The notes under the pieces were generated by a model. The model was not told the DNA's origin. It saw nothing but the letters and a program-made list of their open reading frames with translations, and searched no databases. The position numbers and the translations under genes are program-made. From Macrostomum lignano (lineage: Eukaryota), in the NCBI GenBank assembly GCA_002269645.1, contig NIVC01002488.1, forward strand, positions 62,001 through 126,000: a stretch of DNA of 64,000 bases. Reading direction: 5' to 3'. Positions 10,568-22,500 of the stretch are shown here, one piece after another. How positions within the stretch are numbered: position 1 is the first letter of the stretch; every line of letters starts with the position of its first letter.

Positions 10568-13500
10568 GTGAGTCGCTTATTTTTTAATTGGGTGGAGCAG
10601 GGCTTATTGGATATTTGCTTTTTTACTGTATATACCAAAGAGGAACTGCAAAACAGATTTTAAAATTTTTGGTCACATTATTTCACTATGGCTAGTTGCT
10701 TATTGTGGTTATAAATTGTGATATTTGTAGTCGTATACAGTGTGTGGGAGTCTTGCTCACTTTCATCGATATTTTAATGATGCCAATGAGTGTCAAAGCT
10801 GTCACCGTAACCGTAAACCGTATTACTTCATTCCGTTGCTGAGTTAACGAAGTAAAATGACAGCTAAATATTACAAATTTGAATGTGATTTTCAAAAACG
10901 CCAGTGCTTTTATATTTTTCAGGGAGACATCATGTTGTACAGAAGAAGGCCAAACAGTCCCATCTTTTGAAGACGCTCAGTTATCGGTAGGTTTTCCAAT
11001 ATCCACCTGTTATATCGATTTATGTACTTAATTATTATTTTCGATTTGATTCCAACAACTATCGTTCATGATCATTTTTCTCTATAAGAAAATTAGTGCG
11101 TAGTGTTGATTAATACTAAAAACTATAGTAACCGTCTTTGTAATTAAATAAAAAAAGTTTCTTCCAATTTTCCAGATTTTTCATTCAGCAGCTAGTGGAG
11201 ATGTTGCATTGCTGAGGCAGAGACTGGAGTACAACCGACTATTGGTTAGTGCTCGGCAGCAGGAGTTTCCACATCGCACCGCTCTACTCTGTGCTGCAGC
11301 AGCTGCTCCAGAATACTTTTCTCAGGGTCAACAATCGCACACTGAATGTGCGAGCCTACTCATCAACAAAGGAGCTGATGTTGGAGACTGTGACTCTCGC
11401 GGACACTCGGTGCTGCACTGTGCGGTTCTCTCTGACAATGAAAAATTGGTTGAGTTTCTGCTGAAAAATTCAACTGCAGATCCAAACAGCAGAGACGAGG
11501 ATGGTCTGACACCCCTGCAGCTTGCGGTAGAGCAGGAGAACGTTGCCATGGCAGACCTATTTCTGGAAAGTGGGGTGGATGTCTGTCTGAATCCCGACGG
11601 AACCATTGTTGAACTTGTCCAAGCTCTCGACTCCGAAAACTTTGAGCTCGTGAGGACACTCCTAAATCATTGTCCGGAAGCAATGTCCGACGACCAGTTT
11701 TATAAGTACTACTGGCAAGCGTGGAAACTGGATGCGACTCAAATCTGCAGTCTTCTTTTGATGTATGTATGCTCATAGGTATTTTCCAAAAAGTTATTTT
11801 TTTCAATCTAATCGAACTGTAAATTTTTATTGGTCACCTTTTTAGATCAAAATATGGTCTTTCGAACGAAGCGGTTCAGGTAATTTCCCCAGTTTTTCTA
11901 AGCACTGATTATATATGAAACACTTTAACATAAATGTTCTTAATGTTTATTTGCATATGACTGTATAATTGTACATTAGAATATTCATGATTTAGAAAAG
12001 TTATTGGGTTTTTTTATCAAAGCAGCAATGAGACTTCAGACATCGTAAATCATTCCACTTTTTCGCTAAAAACCCACATTTAGGAAGCAGCTCAACTCGG
12101 TCAGTTTGCATCTCAAGGCGATGTCGAGCAGCTCAAATCGAGGCTCAGCGTCTACAACTGCAACCTCCGAGACTGGGACTGCAGAACTCCGCTAATGTGG
12201 GCAGCCATCGCTAGTTGCGACCCCACAGAGGGACATGCAGACTGTGCTCAGCTGCTGCTCAGTCTGAGAGGAAACCCTAGCGCTGCCGATCTTGACGGCA
12301 ACTCATCATTGCACTTGGCTGCAGCATCCAACAATATTGAAGTGGCGGCGCTGCTGCTGCTGCACGGAGCCGACGTGAAGGTGAAAAACCGGAAAGGCGC
12401 CTTTCCGGCTGAGCTGGCCAAGCAAAGCGGCCAGCTGGATGTGCAACTCATCATGGAGACCGCTGAGGAGCTGGAACGGTAAGAGCTCTTTTATAGATTA
12501 TGCTGATTACTATAATTAAATGTATAGTAAAATTACGATAGAGCGAAACCCGAGTTACTGAGACGCGTGTGACCCAAGTCAAGTATGAGTAGTTCCGTAA
12601 GTCTAGACTGCGTAGCGAGTGAACACCTTCGCTTCCTAAATGGCTTAATATTAAGCGGCTTATGTGGCACAATCCAGATAACAATTACATGCATACAAAA
12701 ATTGATACGAAGCCGCTTTGGTAGATTGCATCAATCCGCCGTAACGCTAGCAATAAAAAAATGAGGATTGTTCGGGAGAGGGGGTAGACCAGGGGTCGCA
12801 AACTCAGACTCTCAGGGCTCATCCAGCCCGTAAAGCCTCTCTATGCGGCCCTTTGAAACTTCACACCTACAATTCGGTGTATATTTTTATGCAACGTTTT
12901 GTGCTTTTATCAGCTCTCCTCTCAGTCCTCACCTCTCTCAATTCTTCTCTCTTTTCTCTTCCCTCCCCTCTCCTCCCATCTCTCCTTTTTCGCTTCTTCT
13001 TTTCTCTCATCCACTATCGTTTTTTCTATCATCTCCTCTCTCTCATCCCCTCTCCTTTATTCTCTACTCTCTTCTCAGCCCTTATCCCATCCCTTATTTT
13101 TTCTTCTCTCTACCCTATTTCCCCTCCTTTCGTTTCTTATTTGGCCTGCAGAAACGATCTAGTTTCTTTATATAGCCTTTGGAGGAAAAATGTTAGCCAA
13201 TCCCAAGGGTAGCCAGTCGGTGGGTCGCCTGAGCAGTTTGAGTTCTGTAGGGTTGCGTTTGGTTTGGGCCGTCGGGTGGGGGCTGCTCTATTAGTACATG
13301 TACTTGCATCTCGCTTTCTTCTCTGTGCATGCCCACCACCCCAGTTGGGTGAGTCACTTATATCGATTTATCATCGCTGACTATTTAATCGCTCCTAAAT
13401 TATCGTGCATCAAAATATACATCGTAAATTAACTCTAAATTCTCGGCTCTTACAGTTATATATGGAAATAAAGCTGTGAGTGAACTCTCATGCTGGATAT

Positions 13501-16500
13501 GAGTAGCAAAAAAATAACCTTTATATCACCGCAAATAAAACAGAGGATCAGGAAAGTTTCGACAAAATAAAAACGAAGGGAACGGAATGGAGGGAGAAGA
13601 AAAGATGAGACAAATTGTATTCTAAGAGAAGGAACGATTACTAATGGAGTTAAATAAAGGTGAGCAAATAAAAAAACGAATTGACTATTTGATGAGATGG
13701 GCAGACAACAGCCGATTGTATATCTTAGGAGGTATTAGATTAGTTAACCTGGTAAATTAGCTCGTACAAAAAAGAGCTTCATGATACCGCAGTGACAATA
13801 AGAGGCGCAGGGACGGAGCAATGACAGGGGCTGCTGGGGGCAAGAGATGGCAGGGAGACGAGAAAGCGTCTCTGGACTCCTCAAAGGCCAGGTCTCCCAG
13901 CAACGAAACCTCAGCCCGGGTGCAGGAGTCAACCTAAATAGAAAGTGAAACCCCGTGGACCCAGACCGAGTTTCAAACATTGAATAAAATGTTAACGAAA
14001 AAATCGACACAGGGATAGTGGGGCTGTTCAAAAGCACTGGGACATAGAAGTGACTGTCATTCTCCATATCCACTTTTTTCCTCGGCCCTCTTTCTCCCTA
14101 CCTCCCCTCTTTCTTCTAGCCTTTTCATTTCAGTCCCCTCTAAACCCCTCCTCTTTCTCCCTTCCGTTTTCATATCTCCCCTCATTCTCCTCTCTGACCC
14201 TCCCTTTTTCTGCCTCGCTCTTCTCCTTCTCTTCTCTTTCTCCCCATCTTTGCATCTCCTCTATCATCCTCTTTTGTCCTCCCAAAAGTCTTGGACAGTT
14301 GGCACATGTCTACAACACGCCACCTAAACTATCAACAGCCATACAATTGACCAAAATTTCAGTCGCCATGGGGCAGTCACCGTTGGAAAATCCACAGAAA
14401 TTAGAGCTGATCTGCAGATTCGACCAAGACAAACATGGAGCACCCTGTTTTACAAAGAAAATATTCGCATGGCTGGAAGCAATGGTCACTTGAAAGTCGT
14501 CAAATTTCTCGTGACACAAGTCGCGGACCAAGCAAACAGAGATCGCTGCTGCATCTACGCTGCAGAATCTGCTGCAACAAATGGTCAATTAGAAGTCGTC
14601 AAGTTTCTCGTTTCGACCGTCTCTGACCAAACAAAAAGAGATCGCTGCTGCATCTACGCTGCAGAATCTGCTGCAACAAATGGTCAATTAGAAGTCGTCA
14701 AGTTTCTCGTTTCGACCGTCGCTGACCAAACAAAAAGAGATGATTACTGCATCACAGCTGCAGAATCTGCTGCAAGCAACGGTCAGTTGGAAGTCGTGAA
14801 GTTTCTCGTTCCCACAGTCACTGACGAAACAAAAAGAGATTATTTCTGCATCAAAGCTGCAGAATCTGCTGTTGTCTGGGGTCAATGGGAAGTCGTCAAG
14901 TTTCTCGTTCCGACAGTCGCTGACGAAAAAAAAAGAGATTATTTCTGCATCAAGGCTGCAGAATCTGCTGCAATCAAGGGCCACTTTGAAGTCGTCAAGT
15001 TCCTCGCTCACAAAGTCACCGACCAAACAAAAAGAGATGATTGCTGCATCAAGGCTGCAGAATCTGCTGCAACAAATGGTCAATTAGAAGTCGTCAAGTT
15101 TCTCGTTTCGACCGTCGCTGACCAAACAAAAAGAGATGATTACTGCATCAAAGCTGCAGAATCTGCTGCAATCTGGGATCGGTGGGACGTCGTCAAGTTT
15201 CTCGTTCCCATAGTCACTGACAAAACAAAAAGAGATGATTGCTGCGTCAAAGCTGCAGAATCTGCTGCAATCAAGGGCCACTTTGAAGTCGTCAAGTTTC
15301 TCCTACACACAATCGCTGACCAAAAAAAAAGAAATGATTGCTGCATCAAAGCTGCAGAATCGGCTGCAACAAATGGTCAATTAGAAATCGTCAAGTTTCT
15401 CGTACACACAGTCGCTGACCAAACAGAAAGAGATGATTGCTGCGTCAAAGCTGCAGAATCTGCTGCAATCAAGGGCCACTTTGAAGTCGTCAAGTTCCTC
15501 GCCGACACAGTCTCTGACCAAGCAAAAAGAGATGATTGCTGCATCAAAGCTGCAGAATCGGCTGCAACAAATGGTCAATTAGAAATCGTCAAGTTTCTCG
15601 TACACACAGTCGCTGACCAAACAAAAAGAGATGATTGCTGCGTCAAAGTTGCAGAGTCTGCTGCAATCAAGGGCCACTTTGAAGTCGTCAAGTTCCTCGC
15701 CGACACAGTCTCTGACCAAGCAAAAAGAGATGATTGCTGCATCAAAGCTGCAGAATCGGCTGCAACAAATGGTCAATTAGAAGTCGTCAAGTTCCTCGCC
15801 GACACAGTCTCTGACCAAACAAAAAGAGATGATTTCTGGATCAAACCTGCAAAAGCTGCTGCAACAAATGGTCAATTAAAAGTCGTCAATTTTCTCGTTT
15901 CGACCGTCGCTGACCAAACAGTAAGAGATGATTGCCGCATCAAAGCTGCAGAATCGGCTGCAACAAATGGTCAATTAGAAATCGTCAAGTTTCTCGTACA
16001 CACAGTCGCTGACCAAACAGAAAGAGATGATTGCTGCGTCAAAGCTGCAGAATCTGCTGCAATCAAGGGCCACTTTGAAGTCGTCAAGCTCCTCGCCGAC
16101 ACAGTCTCTGACCAAGCAAAAATAGATGATTGCTGCATCAAAGCTGCAGAATCGGCTGCAACAAATGGTCAATTAGAAATCGTCAAGTTTCTCGTACACA
16201 CAGTCGCTGACCAAACAAAAAGAGATGATTGCTGCGTCAAAGTTGCAGAGTCTGCTGCAATCAAGGGCCACTTTGAAGTCGTCAAGTTCCTCGCCGACAC
16301 AGTCTCTGACCAAGCAAAAAGAGATGATTGCTGCATCAAAGCTGCAGAATCGGCTGCAACAAATGGTCAATTAGAAATCGTCAAGTTCCTCGCCGACACA
16401 GTCTCTGACCAAACAAAAAGAGATGATTTCTGGATCAAACCTGCAAAAGCTGCTGCAACAAATGGTCAATTAAAAGTCGTCAATTTTCTCGTTTCGACCG

Positions 16501-19500
16501 TCGCTGACCAAACAGTAAGAGATGATTACTGCATCAAAGCTGCAGAATCTGCTGTTGTCTGGGGTCAATTAGAAATCGTCAAGTTTCTCGTACACACAGT
16601 CGCTGACCAAACAAAAAGAGATGATTGCTGCGTCAAAGCTGCAGAATCTGCTGCAATCAAGGGCCACTTTGAAGTCGTCAAGTTTCTCCTACACACAATC
16701 GCTGACCAAAAAAAAAGAAATGATTGCTGCATCAAAGCTGCAGAATCGGCTGCAACAAATGGTCAATTAGAAATCGTCAAGTTTCTCGTACACACAGTCG
16801 CTGACCAAACAGAAAGAGATGATTGCTGCGTCAAAGCTGCAGAATCTGCTGCAATCAAGGGCCACTTTGAAGTCGTCAAGTTCCTCGCCGACACAGTCTC
16901 TGACCAAGCAAAAAGAGATGATTGCTGCGTCAAAGCTGCAGAATCTGCTGCAATCAAGGGCCACTTTGAAGTCGTCAAGTTCCTCGCCGACACAGTCTCT
17001 GACCAAGCAAAAAGAGATGATTGCTGCATCAAAGCTGCAGAATCGGCTGCAACAAATGGTCAATTAGAAATCGTCAAGTTTCTCGTACACACAGTCGCTG
17101 ACCAAACAAAAAGAGATGATTGCTGCGTCAAAGTTGCAGAGTCTGCTGCAATCGAGGGCCACTTTGAAGTCTTGAAGTTTCTCGTTCTCAAAGTCACTGA
17201 CAAAACAAAAAGAGATGATTACTGCATCAAAGCTGCAGAATCTGCTGTTGTCTGGGGTCAATTAGAAATCGTCAAGTTTCTCGTACACACAGTCGCTGAC
17301 CAAACAAAAAGAGATGATTGCTGCGTCAAAGCTGCAGAATCTGCTGCAATCAAGGGCCACTTTGAAGTCGTCAAGCTCCTCGCCGACACAGTCTCTGACC
17401 AAGCAAAAAGAGATGATTGCTGCATCAAAGCTGCAGAATCTGCTGTTGTCTGGGGTCAATTAGAAATCGTCAAGTTTCTCGTTCCGACAGTCGCTGACGA
17501 AACAAAAAGAGATGATTACTGCATCAAGGCTGCAGAATCTGCTGCAATCAAGGGCCACTTTGAAGTCGTCAAGTTTCTCCTACACACAATCGCTGACCAA
17601 AAAAAAAGAAATGATTGCTGCATCAAAGCTGCAGAATCGGCTGCAACAAATGGTCAATTAGAAATCGTCAAGTTTCTCGTACACACAGTCGCTGACCAAG
17701 CAAAAAGAGATGATTGCTGCATCAAAGCTGCAGAATCGGCTGCAACAAATGGTCAATTAGAAATCGTCAAGTTCCTCGCCGACACAGTCTCTGACCAAAC
17801 AAAAAGAGATGATTTCTGGATCAAACGTGCAAAAGATGCTGCAAGAAATGGTCAATTAAAAGTCGTCAAGTTTCTCGTTTCGACCGTCGCTGACCAAACA
17901 GTAAGAGATGATTACTGCATCAAAGCTGCAGAATCTGCTGTTGTCTGGGGTCAATGGGAAGTCGTCAAGTTTCTCGTTCCGACAGTCGCTGACGAAACAA
18001 AAAGAGATTATTTCTGCATCAAGGCTGCAGAGTCTGCTGCAATCAAGGGCCACTTTGAAGTCGTCAAGTTTCTCCTACACACAATCGCTGACCAAAAAAA
18101 AAGAAATGATTGCTGCATCAAAGCTGCAGAATCGGCTGCAACAAATGGTCAATTAGAAATCGTCAAGTTTCTCGTACACACAGTCGCTGACCAAACAGAA
18201 AGAGATGATTGCTGCGTCAAAGCTGCAGAATCTGCTGCAATCAAGGGCCACTTTGAAGTCGTCAAGATCCTCGCCGACACAGTCTCTGACCAAGCAAAAA
18301 GAGATGATTGCTGCATCAAAGCTGCAGAATCGGCTGCAACAAATGGTCAATTAGAAATCGTCAAGTTTCTCGTACACATAGTCGCTGACCAAGCAAAAAG
18401 AGATGATTGCTGCGTCAAAGCTGCAGAATCTGCTGCAATCAAGGGCCACTTTGAAGTCGTCAAGTTCCTCGCCGACACAGTCTCTGACCAAGCAAAAAGA
18501 GATGATTGCTGCATCAGCGCTATAGAATCTGCTGTAATCTGGGGTCAGTGGGAAGTCGCCGAGTTCCTCATTCCGTGTCTCTCAAGTCCGAATCAAAAAG
18601 CAAATCTCCGTTTCCAATGCGCAGTGGTGGCTTGCTCTCATCTTCGCGAAGATTTCGTCGCCGCCCTCGGCCTGGAGCCCGACTGGCTCTTCCAATCCAG
18701 CACCATCCTCAGCTTCACTGCAGCAATGGCCATCGAAGGCAGGAACTCTGTTCTCACTGACACCCTCTCTCGAATGCAGCCAGCTCACATCACACAGCTG
18801 CTTTGTCTCTCCATCTCTCAAAGACACGTCGCTCTTGCTGTCACACTGATCTATGATGAGCGAGTCAGCACAGAGCATATCGATCTGCCAGACAGCACTG
18901 GAGCCACTGCTCTCATGCTGGCAGCTGATGCAGGTCATCACGAGCTCATTGAGAAACTCATCGATCTCGGTGCGTCAGTGCGTGCTAAAGACAGTCAGGG
19001 TCGGACTGCTCTGTCACGAGCGTGCGAAGCCGGTCACGTTCGAGCAGCCAAGGCTCTGTTGGACAGAGGAGCGGATGCGAGTCATCGAGACGGTCGGGGC
19101 CTGACGTGTGCGCAGGTGGCACAGCGATATGAGCAGCGGCAGGTGCTGCGGCTGCTAAATCCTAGTGAAGTGAGGTGAGTTAAGCGAGAATTTAACGATT
19201 TTTTTTCAATATACGAGTATGTTGCTTAAGTATAGCATTTCTGAAATTATACGAGTTTTTCATGAGCTAGGAAACGCTTGGTAAGAATCGCTTCAAATAG
19301 AAAATACGAGTATTTCGTATGTTTGGGCCATGTAGCGAACACAAGAACGAGGGAAGAAGTGAAGAAGAAAAAAGGGGATAAAATACGACGACAAAAAACA
19401 TGTAGAAAAATATCATTTTGCATTTTTAATTTTCATGAGACAAAACAAGGAATAATTTTAAAAAGATAAGAGAGCGAAGAAACCTTATGTGAAAACTGTT

Positions 19501-22500
19501 GGATTTTGTAAAACGAGCAAAGTTTGTGATTGCGAGAAATCCAACTTGGCGCTCAGGCCTGACAATCGATACATTTTAGCAGCCGATAATTGGGGTGGGG
19601 TTTGGGTGTTGCACGCGCACGGGCGCAGCCGCACGTTGCAAACAACCACCCCCATACACAGCTACGTACAGCATACGAGCGTAGAGCTAAGAACACCAAT
19701 AGAATATTTAGGTGCATAGAATGCTCACAATTTGAATGTATTAATAATAAATGAGATTAAAAACGAAATCATTTTTTTAATTTTATTAATCATATTAATC
19801 ATATAATAATTATCCCTGCTGGCAGAGAAGAGGATCAGGCCAAGCCCAGTACGTACGCACATCTGGCCAGGTGGTGGGGCACGAACAGGCCCCTGCTTGG
19901 GCACTAATGCCGGTTTGCTCAGGTGCAAACACAGAGCAGACCACATTCGCTTCAATATCCTAAACTCTGAAGACTCGAATATCCGGTCCAACAAGTGACC
20001 TTCTCTTACAATTTGCGGATTTCTCCCACTCTTTTCTCGGCTTTCTCTTGTTTATTGCCTGCTTTCTCTCGGTCATCTGCTTCTGCCTGCATCTACTTAC
20101 TCTTTTTGATTTTTCTGCCCGAAAAAGCGTTGGAGTTTTGATGAAGCTGCACTAACTGGGCGCTTCGCCTTGAAATGCTTTTACAATGGAAGTTTCCGAC
20201 TCAATGAAGTTGGTTTGTGCTTCATGAGAATCTCAGACTCAACTGCTGTGAGAACCCTTGGCTTTCTCCTTCCCTTGCAGAAGCTCAAAGGCCGAGCAGG
20301 CAGCCGCACACTGCTTGGATTCGGGCCTCCATCGGTGAGTCTGACCGGTTCGGCTTTCACTGCCGCACTGCGCCTTCCAACAGGCTGGCAGCTTGGGACA
20401 GAAATTGTAGCGAAACTCAGGTGGGTTAAGATTGGGTTGGACTGAGTGCTGAAGCAGCTGCACTCTCAGCTCTCCTGCTTGCTCTATCCATCTAACTCTG
20501 AACAAATCACCCACACGCATGTCGGATCATTTTAGGCTCTCAGACGACTCCCAGAAAGACAGGCGCCTGAGCGAGGAGCTGCATCGATTGCTCAGTGAGG
20601 CGGGATTCACCAGAGAGAGAGCGGACTGTCAACAGAGACTGGCTGACTGGCTTGAACGAGTCGCTCGAGTCCTCACACAGGATGACAGACAGATGACGGG
20701 CAGCTACGCAGAGGGCTGGGCCAACAGTCTGGTTCAAGTGAACGGCAGGACAGCTGCAGACTCGGACATTGACTGGACTGTACTGGTTTCTGGGAAACTG
20801 TTTCATCTGGAAGGCAGCTGCATAAGATTGAATAAGTCCTGCAGAGACGCCACTCGGCTGCAGGTCACGGAGGGCCACGCACAGGTGGCAGTGGAAGCAG
20901 GTTAGTGAGGCTGAGTTCATCATCAGAATGCTCATCAAATGCATCAGAATGACACAAGCGGCAGGCGAAATTAAAAAGAAAACTCTGATGCCAACTGGCT
21001 GAGCCATTGGGTTTTGAATTCACAGGCTCCAATTGTAGCAGAGTGGGTGCAGCGCTGTTTGAGTGATGGACGGTAGGCGGCATGGCTCTGCTGAGGTGCT
21101 GCTACTCTTACTGAGAAAGTTTCAAAAAATAAAACGAAGCCGCTCCGACTGTCTGATTGGTGCCTTGCTGCGAGGCAATGAGTCCAGATAATGTTTGATT
21201 TGTGCTGAGCTAGCTACATGTATAACCCGAGAAAGCCAGAACAGCTGAAGCTGAAGGGGTCTACGACAATTTTACCGCCACCCTATTTTACCTTGTCTAG
21301 AACGGCCGTAAAATTTTCTGGCGGTCAGTTGTCGGTCTCCCAAGCTGAAGCTATGCAAACTCAGTTTACTCAGTAAACTCAAACTCATTTAGACAGCGTC
21401 CAAATTCTCTGGCGTGTTATCAAGCAGCTTGAGCGGGATGCCAAAATCGACTAAATAAAAATTAAAAGTCTAAATAAGCGCGTACACGCACTTTAAATAC
21501 ACGCACTGGCAAAAGCGCTCAGAAACCAAAATAATTTCAGCGCGCTGGTGATTTCGATCAGGAGAGCCAAGTCAAGTGCACTTTTACTTGACAATAAATT
21601 CGATCGAAGGCATTAGTGGTAAACATATGCACATTATAACTCTTTCACTACTGATCCACTGATGACACAATTTGATACTTGTAAAGGCTATGCAAATCGT
21701 TTTTTGCATATACAATCATGCAAATGAATGATCGAATTTTAAAGCTTCCGAACTGTACATGTAACTCCCTATCGCGCGCTTGCCAGTGCGTGCCTGAAGC
21801 ATATTTCATCGGACAGTCAAATACTCGATATTCCCAACCAGCCAAGAGAAAATCTGCTGTTTTTAAGCCAACTCATCTATTTTACTCGCCACAAAGCAAC
21901 TCTCCGCTCACTGCGTTCTGCAGGTGGCCAACCTGCAGTGACAGCCACGGCGTGCGGTGTGCGGCCTGCACAGGACACGTGCCATGCGACCCGGTGCTGC
22001 AGAAGTTTCTGTGAGGACAGAATTGAAAAACTGCTCTTATACAGTGATTCTGTTCACCTCGTTCGGGCGACCAGACCGAGCTCGACCAACGAGCTCAGAG
22101 TGAGCTTCAGCTTCCAAGAGAAACGGATCATGAGAGAGCTGAGCACAATCCAGGGCCAGCTGTTCACACTCATCAAGTTCATCTTCAAGAGATACTTGCC
22201 GCTCACTCTGGACACACCTGGACTCAAGACCTACCATGCAAAGACTCTGCTCTTCACAATGCTGGAGAAGTATGACACAGATCCTAAGACTGTGGTTTGG
22301 CAGCCCCATAATCTGATCGCTCTGCTCAAGGAGTCTCTCAACATGATGCTGAGCTTCATCGACTCAAGCAGCTCGCCCGATGAGTGCATGCCGCACTTCT
22401 TCATGCCCGACGCTCCGCTCTACTTCAAGTACGCTGGAATCGGCGGCGACTTCGACAACACGAAGGCGAGGGTTCGAGACCAACTTTGTGAACTGAGAAG

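Noticed and set aside
14469-18632. Regular repeat array superficially like CRISPR or a TALE gene
   Set aside because: There are no unique spacers, the unit is 33 aa with ankyrin motifs, and it lacks the TALE LTPxQVVAIAS consensus. The locus is eukaryotic and has introns.
14310-18941. Many minus-strand and off-frame ORFs such as MTICCSRFCSFDAAIISFCLV
   Set aside because: They are antisense shadows of the 99-bp coding repeat and start from TTG/ATG artefacts of the repeat unit.
10568-20905. Stop codons overlapping splice donors at the ends of exons 1, 5, 6 and 8
   Set aside because: GTGAG and GTAAG donors automatically contain TGA or TAA for phase-2 introns, so this is not evidence of designed truncated isoforms.
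20985-21073. Open stretch DANWLSHWVLNSQAPIVAEWVQRCLSDG ending at a GTAGGC donor in intron 8
   Set aside because: No good acceptor was found, and exon 8 already joins exon 9 in phase with a continuous Mab-21 alignment.
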